Assembly: GCA_964016885.1 (NCBI GenBank)
Contig: OZ024753.1
Span: 8,308,001-8,372,000, forward strand
Source: Eledone cirrhosa
Lineage: Eukaryota
Length of the DNA stretch: 64,000 nucleotides
Reading direction: 5' to 3'
A model generated the notes under the pieces. That model saw nothing but the letters and a program-made list of their open reading frames with translations. It searched no databases and was not told where the DNA came from. Positions 53,655 to 64,000 of the stretch are shown here, in pieces. Position numbers and translations under genes: made by a program. Every line of letters starts with the position of its first letter. Position 1 is the first letter of the stretch.

Positions 53655-54862
53655 AATATATAAACAACCATCCGGTTATCGATCCAACTAACCAACCAAC
53701 CCGAAATTTATGATAAATTGAAGTGAAAACCAACAGGTGCATGTGTTTTTATTGGCAGCATGACCCTACCAAAGTATAACAATATCTATATATATATATA
53801 ATATAGAAATGGCTTCTACAGGACTAGAACTGTTTCGAAGGAAATCATCAGCAAAGGCAACTGTGAATGTGATATGTGGATATCGTGATATTTATACATT
53901 TTCTGGTGGTAGGGGAAGGTGGTGATTGGGGTGGGTGGAGGACGTTGGCTGATGGATTTAAAGAATGGGGATTCTTTGAAAAATCTATACTTAGAGAAAA
54001 ATACATAATGATACAGAATGATACAAATGCAGGCACTCTTAATTTTCAAGGTTCATTTATTCTAAGCAAACAAAGGATTTTCATTAAATGGCTATATTAA
54101 CATGCTGTGTTGAAGTCATATAGTCATATATATATGGGGGTGGGGGGGTGGGGTGACACTCATTTCTCTCATTACATCAACATTTTTGGCTGATTGTCCT
54201 CTACACACGATAGAACAGAAATGAAGTTGTTAGAAAATAAATAAGGTTTGATCCTAAATTACGTCATATTTTGACTTCATGGAAGCAGTAGTTCGTTTTC
54301 ATATTTGTCAGTCGATGGTGATTAAGGACAAACCACTTCAGTGAAGTATGGCTTCCAACAATAACAGTAAATTATCTCGCATGAAATTTTCTGTTCCCTT
54401 GAAACTTATTTTGTTTGACTGTTGTTATGACCTTTAAAATTAGATAATTATTTAGTTTCTTGACATGCAACAGTACAATGCTGTTCCTGTATCTCACTTT
54501 GTGTTGTAGAAGTCTTTTAAAGTATTGACAACATCATCATCATCCTCATAATCTTCCAGCCACATTCTGTTTTGGAATAGCATGGCTTGGACAGGTTATC
54601 ATGGTTCAGGAGAAAACAGGACAGTACAAACTCTCTCATATATTACATACCTGGTATAGGTTGGAAGAATTGGTGTGCAGAGTCAGACAGGATGCTTTGC
54701 AGTATATAATCAAGCTCTGTGTGTCCTAAGTTCAAATCCTGCCTCCTTCCCTCAGTAGTTACAGTTGGCAAATAGTATAAGAAACTGAAAGACCAATGCT
54801 AATATAGTATCTTTGGTCCAATCTGATAGTTGGCACCTTCCATTGTGTGTGTGTGTGTGTAA

Positions 54863-54919
<57 letters not shown>

Positions 54920-54943
54920 AAGGACTAGCATCTGAAACATTAA

Positions 54944-55162
54944 CCCTTTAGCATTTAAACCGCCCATATCCGGCCAGAATTTTCTCACCTCTTTCTGCTA
55001 AAACTGGTTGTAACTAGCCACTTATATTGACATTAAGGTATTGTTCTCAAAATAAATAACATCAAAATATTGTAGATTCGATATTATGTGAGATACTTAT
55101 GAGATAAAGACTTTACCACAAAAATTCAATAGTAAATATAGACTAATGTAAATGCTAAAGGG
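54944..55162 (+). mobile_element. piggyBac-type MITE family A
   Basis: TTAA ccctttagcattta ... taaatgctaaaggg TTAA. Confidence 0.85.
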
Positions 55163-55257
55163 TTAAAGACACTTTTCCTACTATATCAAGTGTAAAACTA
55201 ATAATATATTTTTTCATTGTACTGCGTCATTTGCATTTTTATTTCTGTTTGCTTTTT

Positions 55258-55299
<42 letters not shown>

Positions 55300-55562
55300 T
55301 GATGAAAAAACTTTGATAGAATATATATATTTAGATCTGTATTTTTAACCGTTGGTCAATCAATGATAAACATTGATTGCCAGATAAATTAACTATAGAG
55401 ATATAAAAGATACAGAAGCGAAAAACAAATTAAACCAAACAGTGAGTGTATTCTATTATTATTTCTGGCAATATTATAACACTATGACCCTCCCTAAGTA
55501 TAACAATATATATATATATATATAACGAAAACAGAAACAGTTGATTTATAATTAGAAAACTG

Positions 55563-55660
55563 CATCTCCTATGCATTTTATCTGACGAGCACATGTATTG
55601 GATTATGTTATACATAAGCCTTGCATCTTCGAAATATGTATAATAAGATGAATAGAGATG
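55563..55660 (+). ncRNA. Type I hammerhead ribozyme, intact core, long stem I
   Basis: catctcctatgcattttat CTGACGA(55582-88) G..stem II..C GAAA(55631-34) tatgta TA ataagatgaatagagatg; predicted cut after 55642. Confidence 0.85.
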
Positions 55661-55832
55661 TTCTAAACTAACTGTCTTTTGTTTATTATTATTATTATTG
55701 TGGTTTCATTAGTCTTGCCATTGTGCACTTTTACTCGACCTTATTGTAAACCCCCACTGTCCCTGTCTTTGTATTGTCCCCTACATGTCGGCCCTTGTGG
55801 CTAATAAATGAAATCATTATTATTATTATTAT

Positions 55833-56037
55833 TAAGGGCGGTGGATTGGCAGTATCGGTAGAGGGTCGGATACCATGCTTTGCAACAAAGAGTTACGGCC
55901 CTTTATGGTCTGAGTTCAAATCCCGCCGAGGTTAACTTTGCCTTTCGTTCTTACGGGGGTCGATGAAATAAAGTACCAGTAATGCACTGGAATAATTGCT
56001 GGCCTTGTGCCAAAAGTAGAAATAATAATTATTATTA
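55833..56037 (+). mobile_element. SINE family 2, full length
   Basis: aagggcggtggattggcagtatcgg head through the ATT tail, inserted in (ATT)n. Confidence 0.9.
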
Positions 56038-56065
56038 TAACATATATATATGTATATATATACAC

Positions 56066-56415
56066 ATCATCATCATTTCATCATCATTTCATTTTACGTC
56101 TGCTTTTTCCCTGCTTACAAGGGTGGGACAGGAACTGGTTCTGACTTGATTTCTACAGCTGGATGCCCTTCCTAACACCAACCCCATTTACAGTGAGTGC
56201 TGGGTGCTTTTTTGCCGTGGCACCTACACGTCCACTTTGCAGTGGAATGATAGGAACCCCAGTCCCTATCATCTCATTTCTACAGCTGAGTAAACTGGAG
56301 CAATGTGAAATAAAGTGTCTTGCTCAGGGAAACAACAGATCGCCCGGACTGAGAATTGAACTCACAACCTTTCGATTGCAAGACCAATGCTCTAACCACT
56401 AAGCCATGTGCCTCC
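56066..56415 (-). mobile_element. SINE family 1
   Basis: Reverse complement of 6959-7304. Confidence 0.9.
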
Positions 56416-56761
56416 ATATACATATATATGCGTGTGTGTGTTTAGTATTGACAACTTTTTGCTCACATCCAGCAGTAATACATGTATGTATGGATAAATC
56501 TAAATATTATTAAATTAATATATATATATATATTTATATATATATATAATCATTGTGTGGTGTGTTATATATCATATTAAGAATAATCTTTGAAGATTTC
56601 CAATGTATATAATGAAGTGAATTATTCTAATTAGGAAGGGAACCACTAAATAATCCTCAACTGTATTTACTTTAATAATATTTAGATTTTCCCCAGTATG
56701 AAATAATACTTTTTTCTTCCTCAGAAATTTAAGATTCTATGTAATTTATTTTTGAGAAAGC

Positions 56762-56811
<50 letters not shown>

Positions 56812-58441
56812 ATTTGTGTGCGTGTGTTTGTGTGTGTGTGTGAATATTTGTGTGTGTGTGTTTGTGTGTATGTGTGAATATTTGTGTGTGTGTGTTTGTG
56901 TGTGTGTGAATATTTGTGTGTATGCATGTACAGATGCTTGCTGTATATCTACCTTTCTATCCTTTTCTCTCCCTCTCTCTTTTACTCTTTCTTTCATAAA
57001 TATATACACATATATACACACACACACTCTATAACAATTATATTTTACAAAATGTAATTGAGGAATATTTCAGAATCTAATCTTATTTTATCTCCCAAAT
57101 TCAGTTGAAATCATTTTTATTTTTCTAATTGTAAATACATCTTACTGTTAAATCGGTATGGTTTCTGTGAAAATTCAATTATCTGCCAAAAGTAAAGATC
57201 TTGAAAGAATAAGATTTCAAGAGTTATGAATATGTAGAAGCCACAAAAGTATTTATTGGACCCAACAGCAAATATATAAGCATCATTTCTGTATCTCGGC
57301 TACACTGACTAGAAGCTTTTGTGACTGAAGAATCACAGAAACAAACAAACTATGCTATAAATTTCATAAACCAAGATTCTGTGCTTACTCAAGATGTGTG
57401 TTCTGACTTTTCAAGCAGGGCACTTCTTCAAAGAAATGAGAAGTGTGTTGGAAGACTATAATTGAAGTTGAAAAGTGTAAGGGAGAAGTAGGTTTAAGGG
57501 GAGATCACCAGGCATGAAGTGGGTGGTTGACCAATAAACCAAGTAGCAACAAAAAAAGAAATGAAAAAGAAAACAAATGTACATTTGAAGTTAGAAAGTT
57601 AGAAGAATCTGTATACATATGCATACAAATATAGCACCCCCTTCATACATGTATTGGTACATACACTTACTCACACAACATACACTTACACACACAACAT
57701 GCACTTACACACACAACATGCACTTACACACACAACATGCACTTACACACACAACATACACTTACACACACAAACTGAAAGAAGGTAAAATTAAGAGAAT
57801 ATAAAAACTAGAAGTCAATGTTTAGCTCTAGATAAACTTTGATTGAGTAAATCTGTGATCAGAAGTAATCTAGTCATGCTCCTTTTTAAAAAGATATCCA
57901 TGAGTACATTATCCAATGTGATTTCACCTGTTAAACTTTAACGCTTTAGCATTTAAACCGGCCACTCAACTGGCTACTCATACTGATGTTAAGGCATTGT
58001 TCTCAAAATAAAAAAAAACAAGCAATCACAGCAAAGGCAGAATCATAATCCTCATCATCATCACCGTTTTACGTCCGTTCTTCCACGCTACCATGGGTTA
58101 GACGGATTGTCCTGTTGTGGGCAGTGTCCGGTCGGCTGACCATGCCTTGCTTATATGGAAACTGATTCTGGCTTGATTTCTACAGCTGGATGCCCTTAAG
58201 AACGATGAAGTTTTTTTGCATGTATCTATACTTTTTGTTACCCCACCAGTCTGAAGAACAGATCGATAATGGAATCAGGTGTATAACTTCTATGGGTGAC
58301 CCTGAGCCAATCTTCAGTGAAACATGTGCAAAAGGTCGGTACGCAATAAAAATCTAAGTACATGTAAACGAAACTTCGTCTTATATTTATGTATATATAT
58401 ATATATATATATACAAACAGACAAATACATATCTATCTATT

Positions 58442-58571
<130 letters not shown>

Positions 58572-58854
58572 TATACAGACACACACACTCATATCTATTT
58601 ATTTATGTCTCTCTCTCTCATATATATATATACAAATGGCAGTCCAGCATATTCGAAGCCAGAGCCTCAGCTAAGCCGACGAATGTTTTCGGCAATGCAG
58701 CCCAGCACTTGACAAGGTATAGGACCTCAGAGTAAATAACATACAGTTTAAAGGGCTTTGCAAAATGAAGACAGCGACTGCTAATTCGGCTGGAGTCCCT
58801 AGCTACGAAAGAACTGACTCGTGATAAAAAATGTCATACACATATACATACATC

Positions 58855-58900
<46 letters not shown>

Positions 58901-58905
58901 TATAC

Positions 58906-58938
<33 letters not shown>

Positions 58939-58941
58939 TAA

Positions 58942-59052
58942 GAAAAGGTATGACCTCGACAGCAGAGCTCAAGCCGTTTCGACGGCTATTTCTGGACTCC
59001 AGAAATAGCCGTCGAAACAGCTTGAGCTCTGCCGTCGGGGTCATACATTTTC
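58942..59052. repeat. ~55 bp GC-rich near-perfect palindrome
   Basis: gtatgacctcgacagcagagctcaagccgtttcgacggctatttctgga-c-tccagaaatagccgtcgaaacagcttgagctctgccgtcggggtcatac. Confidence 0.9.
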
Positions 59053-59135
59053 CTATTACCCACTCTACTACCCTAAGTATTAAGTACTCTGGTGCGTTAT
59101 GGTCCATCTTCTTCCTTACCACATTTCCTTCGTTA

Positions 59136-59199
<64 letters not shown>

Positions 59200-59230
59200 T
59201 AATATATAAGATCAAAAGATGGTTAAAGGA

Positions 59231-59316
59231 GTTCCATGTATTTTATTATGCGCATTTCAAAAACAAACATCATCATGCAATAATATTTGTGTTTTCATCA
59301 GATAAAACAGGAGAAC
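59231..59316 (-). ncRNA. Type I hammerhead ribozyme, intact core
   Basis: Minus strand: gttttat CTGATGA aaacacaaatattatt/gatgatgtttgttttt GAAA tgcgca TA ataaaat; palindrome ATGCGCAT. Confidence 0.85.
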
Positions 59317-59558
59317 ATGATATGAAGGCTAAAAAACACTTGTGGATAGTGCAGTTTTAAATCAACATTATTGTACTACAATAAAACTCACCTCCTACAT
59401 TATATATATATATATATATAACAAAATCATATAGGCCTTATATATATCTTTAAACATAGTCGCAGATACATATATGAGTGTTGGTCACCTTCAACAATAT
59501 GGCTTGATGAGTGAATATATATATATATATGTATATATCATCATCATCATACGTTCGC

Positions 59559-59601
<43 letters not shown>

Positions 59602-59674
59602 GCACACACGCACACACATACATATATATATATATATATAATATATTAACAAATGGAAACTATAGTTATAAAAC

Positions 59675-59752
59675 CATATTTATTTCATTATACATATTTC
59701 AAGGACACCAAAGCAAATTATGGTGCACTTTCATCAGATAAAATATAATATA
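59675..59752 (-). ncRNA. Type I hammerhead ribozyme, intact core (same family as 46430 and 46614)
   Basis: Minus strand: tattttat CTGATGA aagtgcacca/tggtgtcctt GAAA tatgta TA atgaaata. Confidence 0.85.
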
Positions 59753-59934
59753 GATCAGTTTTATAAACAAATATTGACATGCCCTTAAAAGAATGCGACC
59801 ATAAAAATATTTGCTTGTATCCCAACAAATTAAATATAACTTCTACATATATATATACATATATATATTATGGAATATTATTATATATTATGGAATACTG
59901 TTGGCTTCTTACTACAATAATTTCTATAATTTTC

Positions 59935-59982
<48 letters not shown>

Positions 59983-60238
59983 CGTTTCTGAATTTGTTTA
60001 GCAAGATTCTTTATCTGAAATTGTGTGTTGAAACCGATATTGTTATACTTTGGGAGGGTCATGTTGCCAGTAAGAAACACACGCACCAGTTGCTTTCACT
60101 TCAATTTATTATATATTTATAAATTTATAAGTTTATAAATTTATAAATTTCTAGTTGGTTGGTTGGTTCCACAACCAGATATGTATGTATATATCATCAT
60201 CATCATACATCCGCTTTAAAAAAAAAATATATATATAT

Positions 60239-60301
60239 AAGGGCGGTGCCCCAGCATGGCCTCAGCCGGATGGCTGAAACAGGTAAAAGAGTAAAAGAGT
60301 A
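60239..60301 (+). mobile_element. Isolated retroposon 3' tail in (TA)n
   Basis: gggcggtgccccagcatggcc...ctgaaacaggtaaaagagtaaaagagta: hairpin followed by a short tandem tail. Confidence 0.55.
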
Positions 60302-60355
60302 TATATATATATATGTTTGCACACACGCGCACACACACACATACATATATACATA

Positions 60356-60386
<31 letters not shown>

Positions 60387-61340
60387 GTGTGTGTGTGTGT
60401 ATATACACACATACACACAGACACACAGACCTTTAGTTTGGTGTTGTCAGCAGAAATGTCTCAAGTGTTATAATCTCTCTTAGGATTACGAGTAGTTTAA
60501 TCTTTTGAGGAGTCAACCTTTAATGGTATGAAGCAGGTAAGAAGAAATAAACAAGAGAAAAATATTGACAAAACTTTGCTTTTCTTTGGTGATTCTGTTT
60601 CAATTTAGTAAGTACTTCTGACTTTTGACACAACAGATGGAATTTATGGAAATATATTTCACTTCACTTCCATTCTCAAATGATAAAGCCAAAAAGTTGA
60701 GAGATATTTCGAAATAATATTACATCTATGTATCAATACTTTCAAAGAATTCTAAATCAAATTTATGAGTTCCTTAAATTAGAATTTCAGTATATATCTG
60801 AATAACTATTGTCCTTTAGGTAGGTAAGAAGCCAAGAAATGCTGTGAGGGTAGAGAGGAGCAGCGAGGTGTGAGGTGCAGAGGAATGGCATGGTGTGTGT
60901 GTGTGTGTGTGGTGGAAAGGGTGAGGACTTCATCAAACAGAATAGAGACTTCATAAAGTAATAAGGTATTTTTCTGCCGACAAAGTTGTAAATATATAAC
61001 AAATGACAATGAGATCATAGAGAAAGTGATTTTGGAAAGGAATATAAGAATGAGAAGATTAGCAATAAAGAACTGTTTGAATCTATTGTGTAAGAAAAAT
61101 ATAATAGATGAGAGTAGAAAAATGAAGCTAGAGTAGATCTTCAACCATTTCTTACTTTCTGGTTTGCAACTTGATATTTTTGATGAATGGTGTTTATAGA
61201 ATTGGACAGGCCAAAACCTTTCATTATTTAACATTTGTATCATCATCATCATCATCATCATCATCATTATTATTGTTGTTGTTGCTTTTATTGTTATTAT
61301 TGTTGTTATCATTATTGTTATCATTATTATCATCATCATC

Positions 61341-62222
61341 AAGGGCGGTGAATTGGCAGTATCGGTAGAGGGTCGGACGCCATGCTTTGCAACAAAGAGT
61401 TACGGCCCTTTCCATTCTGAGTTCAAATCCCGCCGAGGTTAACTTTGCCTTTCATCCTTACGGGGTCGATAAAATAAAGTACCAGTAATGCACTGGAGTT
61501 GATTTAATCGACTTCCCCCTCCTCCCAAATTGCTGCCCTTGTGCCTATACTAGAAACCATTATTATTACTATTATTTCTAGTTACGTCCCTTTCCATTCT
61601 GAGTTCAAATCCCGCCGAGGTTGACTTTGCCTTTCATCCTTACGGGGTCGATGAAATAAAGTACCAGTAATGCACTGGGTAATTGCTGGCCTTGTGCCTA
61701 AAGTAGAAACAATTATTACTATTATTTCTATTACTGCTGGCAGTGGACTGACAGTATCAGTAAAAGGTTGGACGCCATGCTTTGCAGCATAGAGTTACTG
61801 CACTTTATAATCTGAGATCAAATCCCGCCGAGATTAACTTTGTCTTTAATCCTTACAGGGTTGATAATATAAAGTACCAGTAACGTACTGGAGTCGATTT
61901 AATCAACTTTCCCCTCCCCCAAAATCGTTGGCCTTGTTCCTATACTAGTAATCATTATTATTATCTGGGATCTGAGTTCAAATCCCGCCGAGGTTAACTT
62001 TGTCTTTAATCCTTACGGGGGTCGATAAAATAAAGTACCAGTAATACACTGGGATATTTGCTGGCCTTGTGCCAAAAGTAGAAACAATTATTATTATCTG
62101 AGTTCAAAACCCACCCAGGTTAACTTTGCCTTTCATCCTTACGGGGTAGATAAAATAAAGTACCAGTAATGCACTGGGTAATTGCTGGCCGTGTGCCAAA
62201 AGTAGAAATAATTATTATTATT
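61341..62222 (+). mobile_element. Head-to-tail array of 5 SINE family 2 copies
   Basis: Five cores, each following the previous copy's (ATT)n tail. Confidence 0.9.
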
Positions 62223-62354
62223 ATTGTTGTTGGTGGTGGTGGTGGTGGTGGTGGTGGTGGTGGTGTTGTTGTTGTTGTCGTCATATCATCCTCAACATTC
62301 AGAAATATTGAAGGTCAACAAAATGAATCATAGTTTTAGAAATGTGAATGTCTG

Positions 62355-62452
62355 AATGTCGCGGAGATTGTGTTGTGAATGTCGTGGAGATTGTGTTGTG
62401 AATGTCGTGGAGATTGTGTTGTGAATGTCGTGGAGATTGTGTTGTGAATGTC
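62355..62452. repeat. 23 bp minisatellite (4 copies)
   Basis: Unit gaatgtcgtggagattgtgttgt. Confidence 0.9.
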
Positions 62453-63256
62453 AGCCTTGAGAAGAATAATTCTTTATATCATTGTTCTATGCTAAAGAAG
62501 TTTTCTGTCCTGTTATTGTATTGATTTCAAATAAATGTATTTAATAAATACATTTCTATGTCTTTGATATGTGAAAACCCTGTTCATTGTTAATTTGGTG
62601 ATTGAGAGATGAGAGTGAAGTTATTTCAGAATGGCGAATATATCAAAGAATCTTAGCTACTGGTGTGAGACAGCATTCATCACCATCATCATCACCATCA
62701 TCATCATCATCATCATGGTGTGAGACATTCATAATCACCACCATCGTCATTACCATCACCATCATTACCACCACCATCATCATCATCACCACCATCATCA
62801 TTGTCATAATCATGGTGCAAGACAGCATTCATCATCATCAGCAACACATCCATCATCATCATCATCACCATCATCATTACCATCACCATCATCATCACCA
62901 CCACCACCACTACCACCATCATTTAATATTCATTTTACTATGCTAGCATGGGTTGGACAAGTTGTCCTATTGTGACACAAGCCAGATGAAGTCACCATGT
63001 CTTGCTCATATGGAACTGTTTCTGGCAGACAATAGACCTATATAGTGTTATAACCTGTCACATGATTTGGTGTGGTTGAATGTGGACAATGTAGTGGAAA
63101 ATGCAGGCTTAGTAATGTTTTTTAATGAGTAAGAAGTATCACTGTAAAGTTTAGCTTATTGTATTTGAGATAATGGTGTAAATTAACAATCACCAACCAG
63201 TGGTCTACAGAAAAATTTGGACATTATTTGCAATTTTTATGTTTTATTAATTATAT

Positions 63257-63425
63257 AACTCCAGGTAGAAGCAGCAACGTGAAATAAAGTGTCTTGCTCA
63301 AGGACATAATGCGTCACCCAGTCCGGGAATCGATGGAATTGCAACCGATAAATAGTATTAGCAATTGGAAAGACCAATGGAAACATTGTTTCCTTGGTCC
63401 AATTTGACGAATGTCGATCATTCCT
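63257..63425. mobile_element. SINE family 3 with an inverted 5' part
   Basis: 63257-63333 is minus-strand body and 63334-63425 is plus-strand 3' end, relative to 31929-32147. Confidence 0.8.
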
Positions 63426-63532
63426 AATTATAAAATTACCTACATGATTACATAAGCATTTATAATTTTGTTTTATAATTAATAGGTATATTTCATATTA
63501 ATAAAATGGATGTTCTCTGATAATTATTTTAC

Positions 63533-63723
63533 CGGTGGATTGGCAGTATCGGTAGAGGGTCGGACGCCATGCTTTGACGCATTGAGTTACACCCCTTGCC
63601 ATTCTGAGTTCAAATCCTGCCGAACTTTACATTGCCTTTCATCCTTATGGGGTCGATAAAATAAAGTACCAGTAATGTACTGGGTAATTGCTGGCCTTGT
63701 GCCTAAAAACAGAAACAATTATT
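63533..63723 (+). mobile_element. SINE family 2
   Basis: Head, core and tail match other copies. Confidence 0.85.
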
Positions 63724-64000
63724 TTACAAATGTATTTATCTTTTTAAAAAAATTCATAATAGTGGTCCACTGGATTTAAAATTAGGAATTTAGTGGTCCA
63801 TGAGGTCTGAAAGGTTAGTGACCGCTGGTTTATACCATACTGGGAGGAGTCATCCATTGTAAGGTTAGCTTAGGGCCCTAAATACAGAGGCACCATTCTG
63901 ACCTCTGGTGGACTAGGACCAAGAATTGTATCAAGTCAAACAATTGGCACAGTCTCAACGAAATGTACTTAAATATAAATTAAAATAATTGTTTCTACTA

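Noticed and set aside
57215-57461. Long plus-strand frame (…LEAFVTEESQKQTNYAINF…) with one internal stop
   Set aside because: No recognisable homology; compatible with chance.

Overview
AT-rich eukaryotic genomic DNA, dense in microsatellites and transposons, with no host protein-coding gene I can call confidently. It is probably intronic or intergenic. The repeat repertoire (tRNA-headed SINEs with RTE-type tails, RTE LINE ends, TTAA-flanked MITEs, extensive TA/CA tracts) suggests an octopod cephalopod; this is inference. Nearly all ORFs in the supplied track are microsatellite artefacts. The recognisable protein remnants are RTE LINE C-termini, an RTE C2H2 finger, a mariner transposase C-terminus with its TIR, and a CRE-clade restriction-like-endonuclease tail. 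The main signal is about a dozen type I hammerhead ribozyme motifs (CUGANGA, stem II, GAAA, palindromic mini stem III, UH, stem I). They come from several unrelated short elements, each inserted in or beside (TA)n tracts. Six have intact catalytic cores, and their stem/loop III palindromes co-vary (ATGCGCAT, ATGATCAT, ACGATCGT, ATATATAT). Long fold-back hairpins break at hammerhead-like motifs. This fits a diverse population of non-autonomous Penelope-like elements or retrozymes. All structures were folded by eye and no searches were run.
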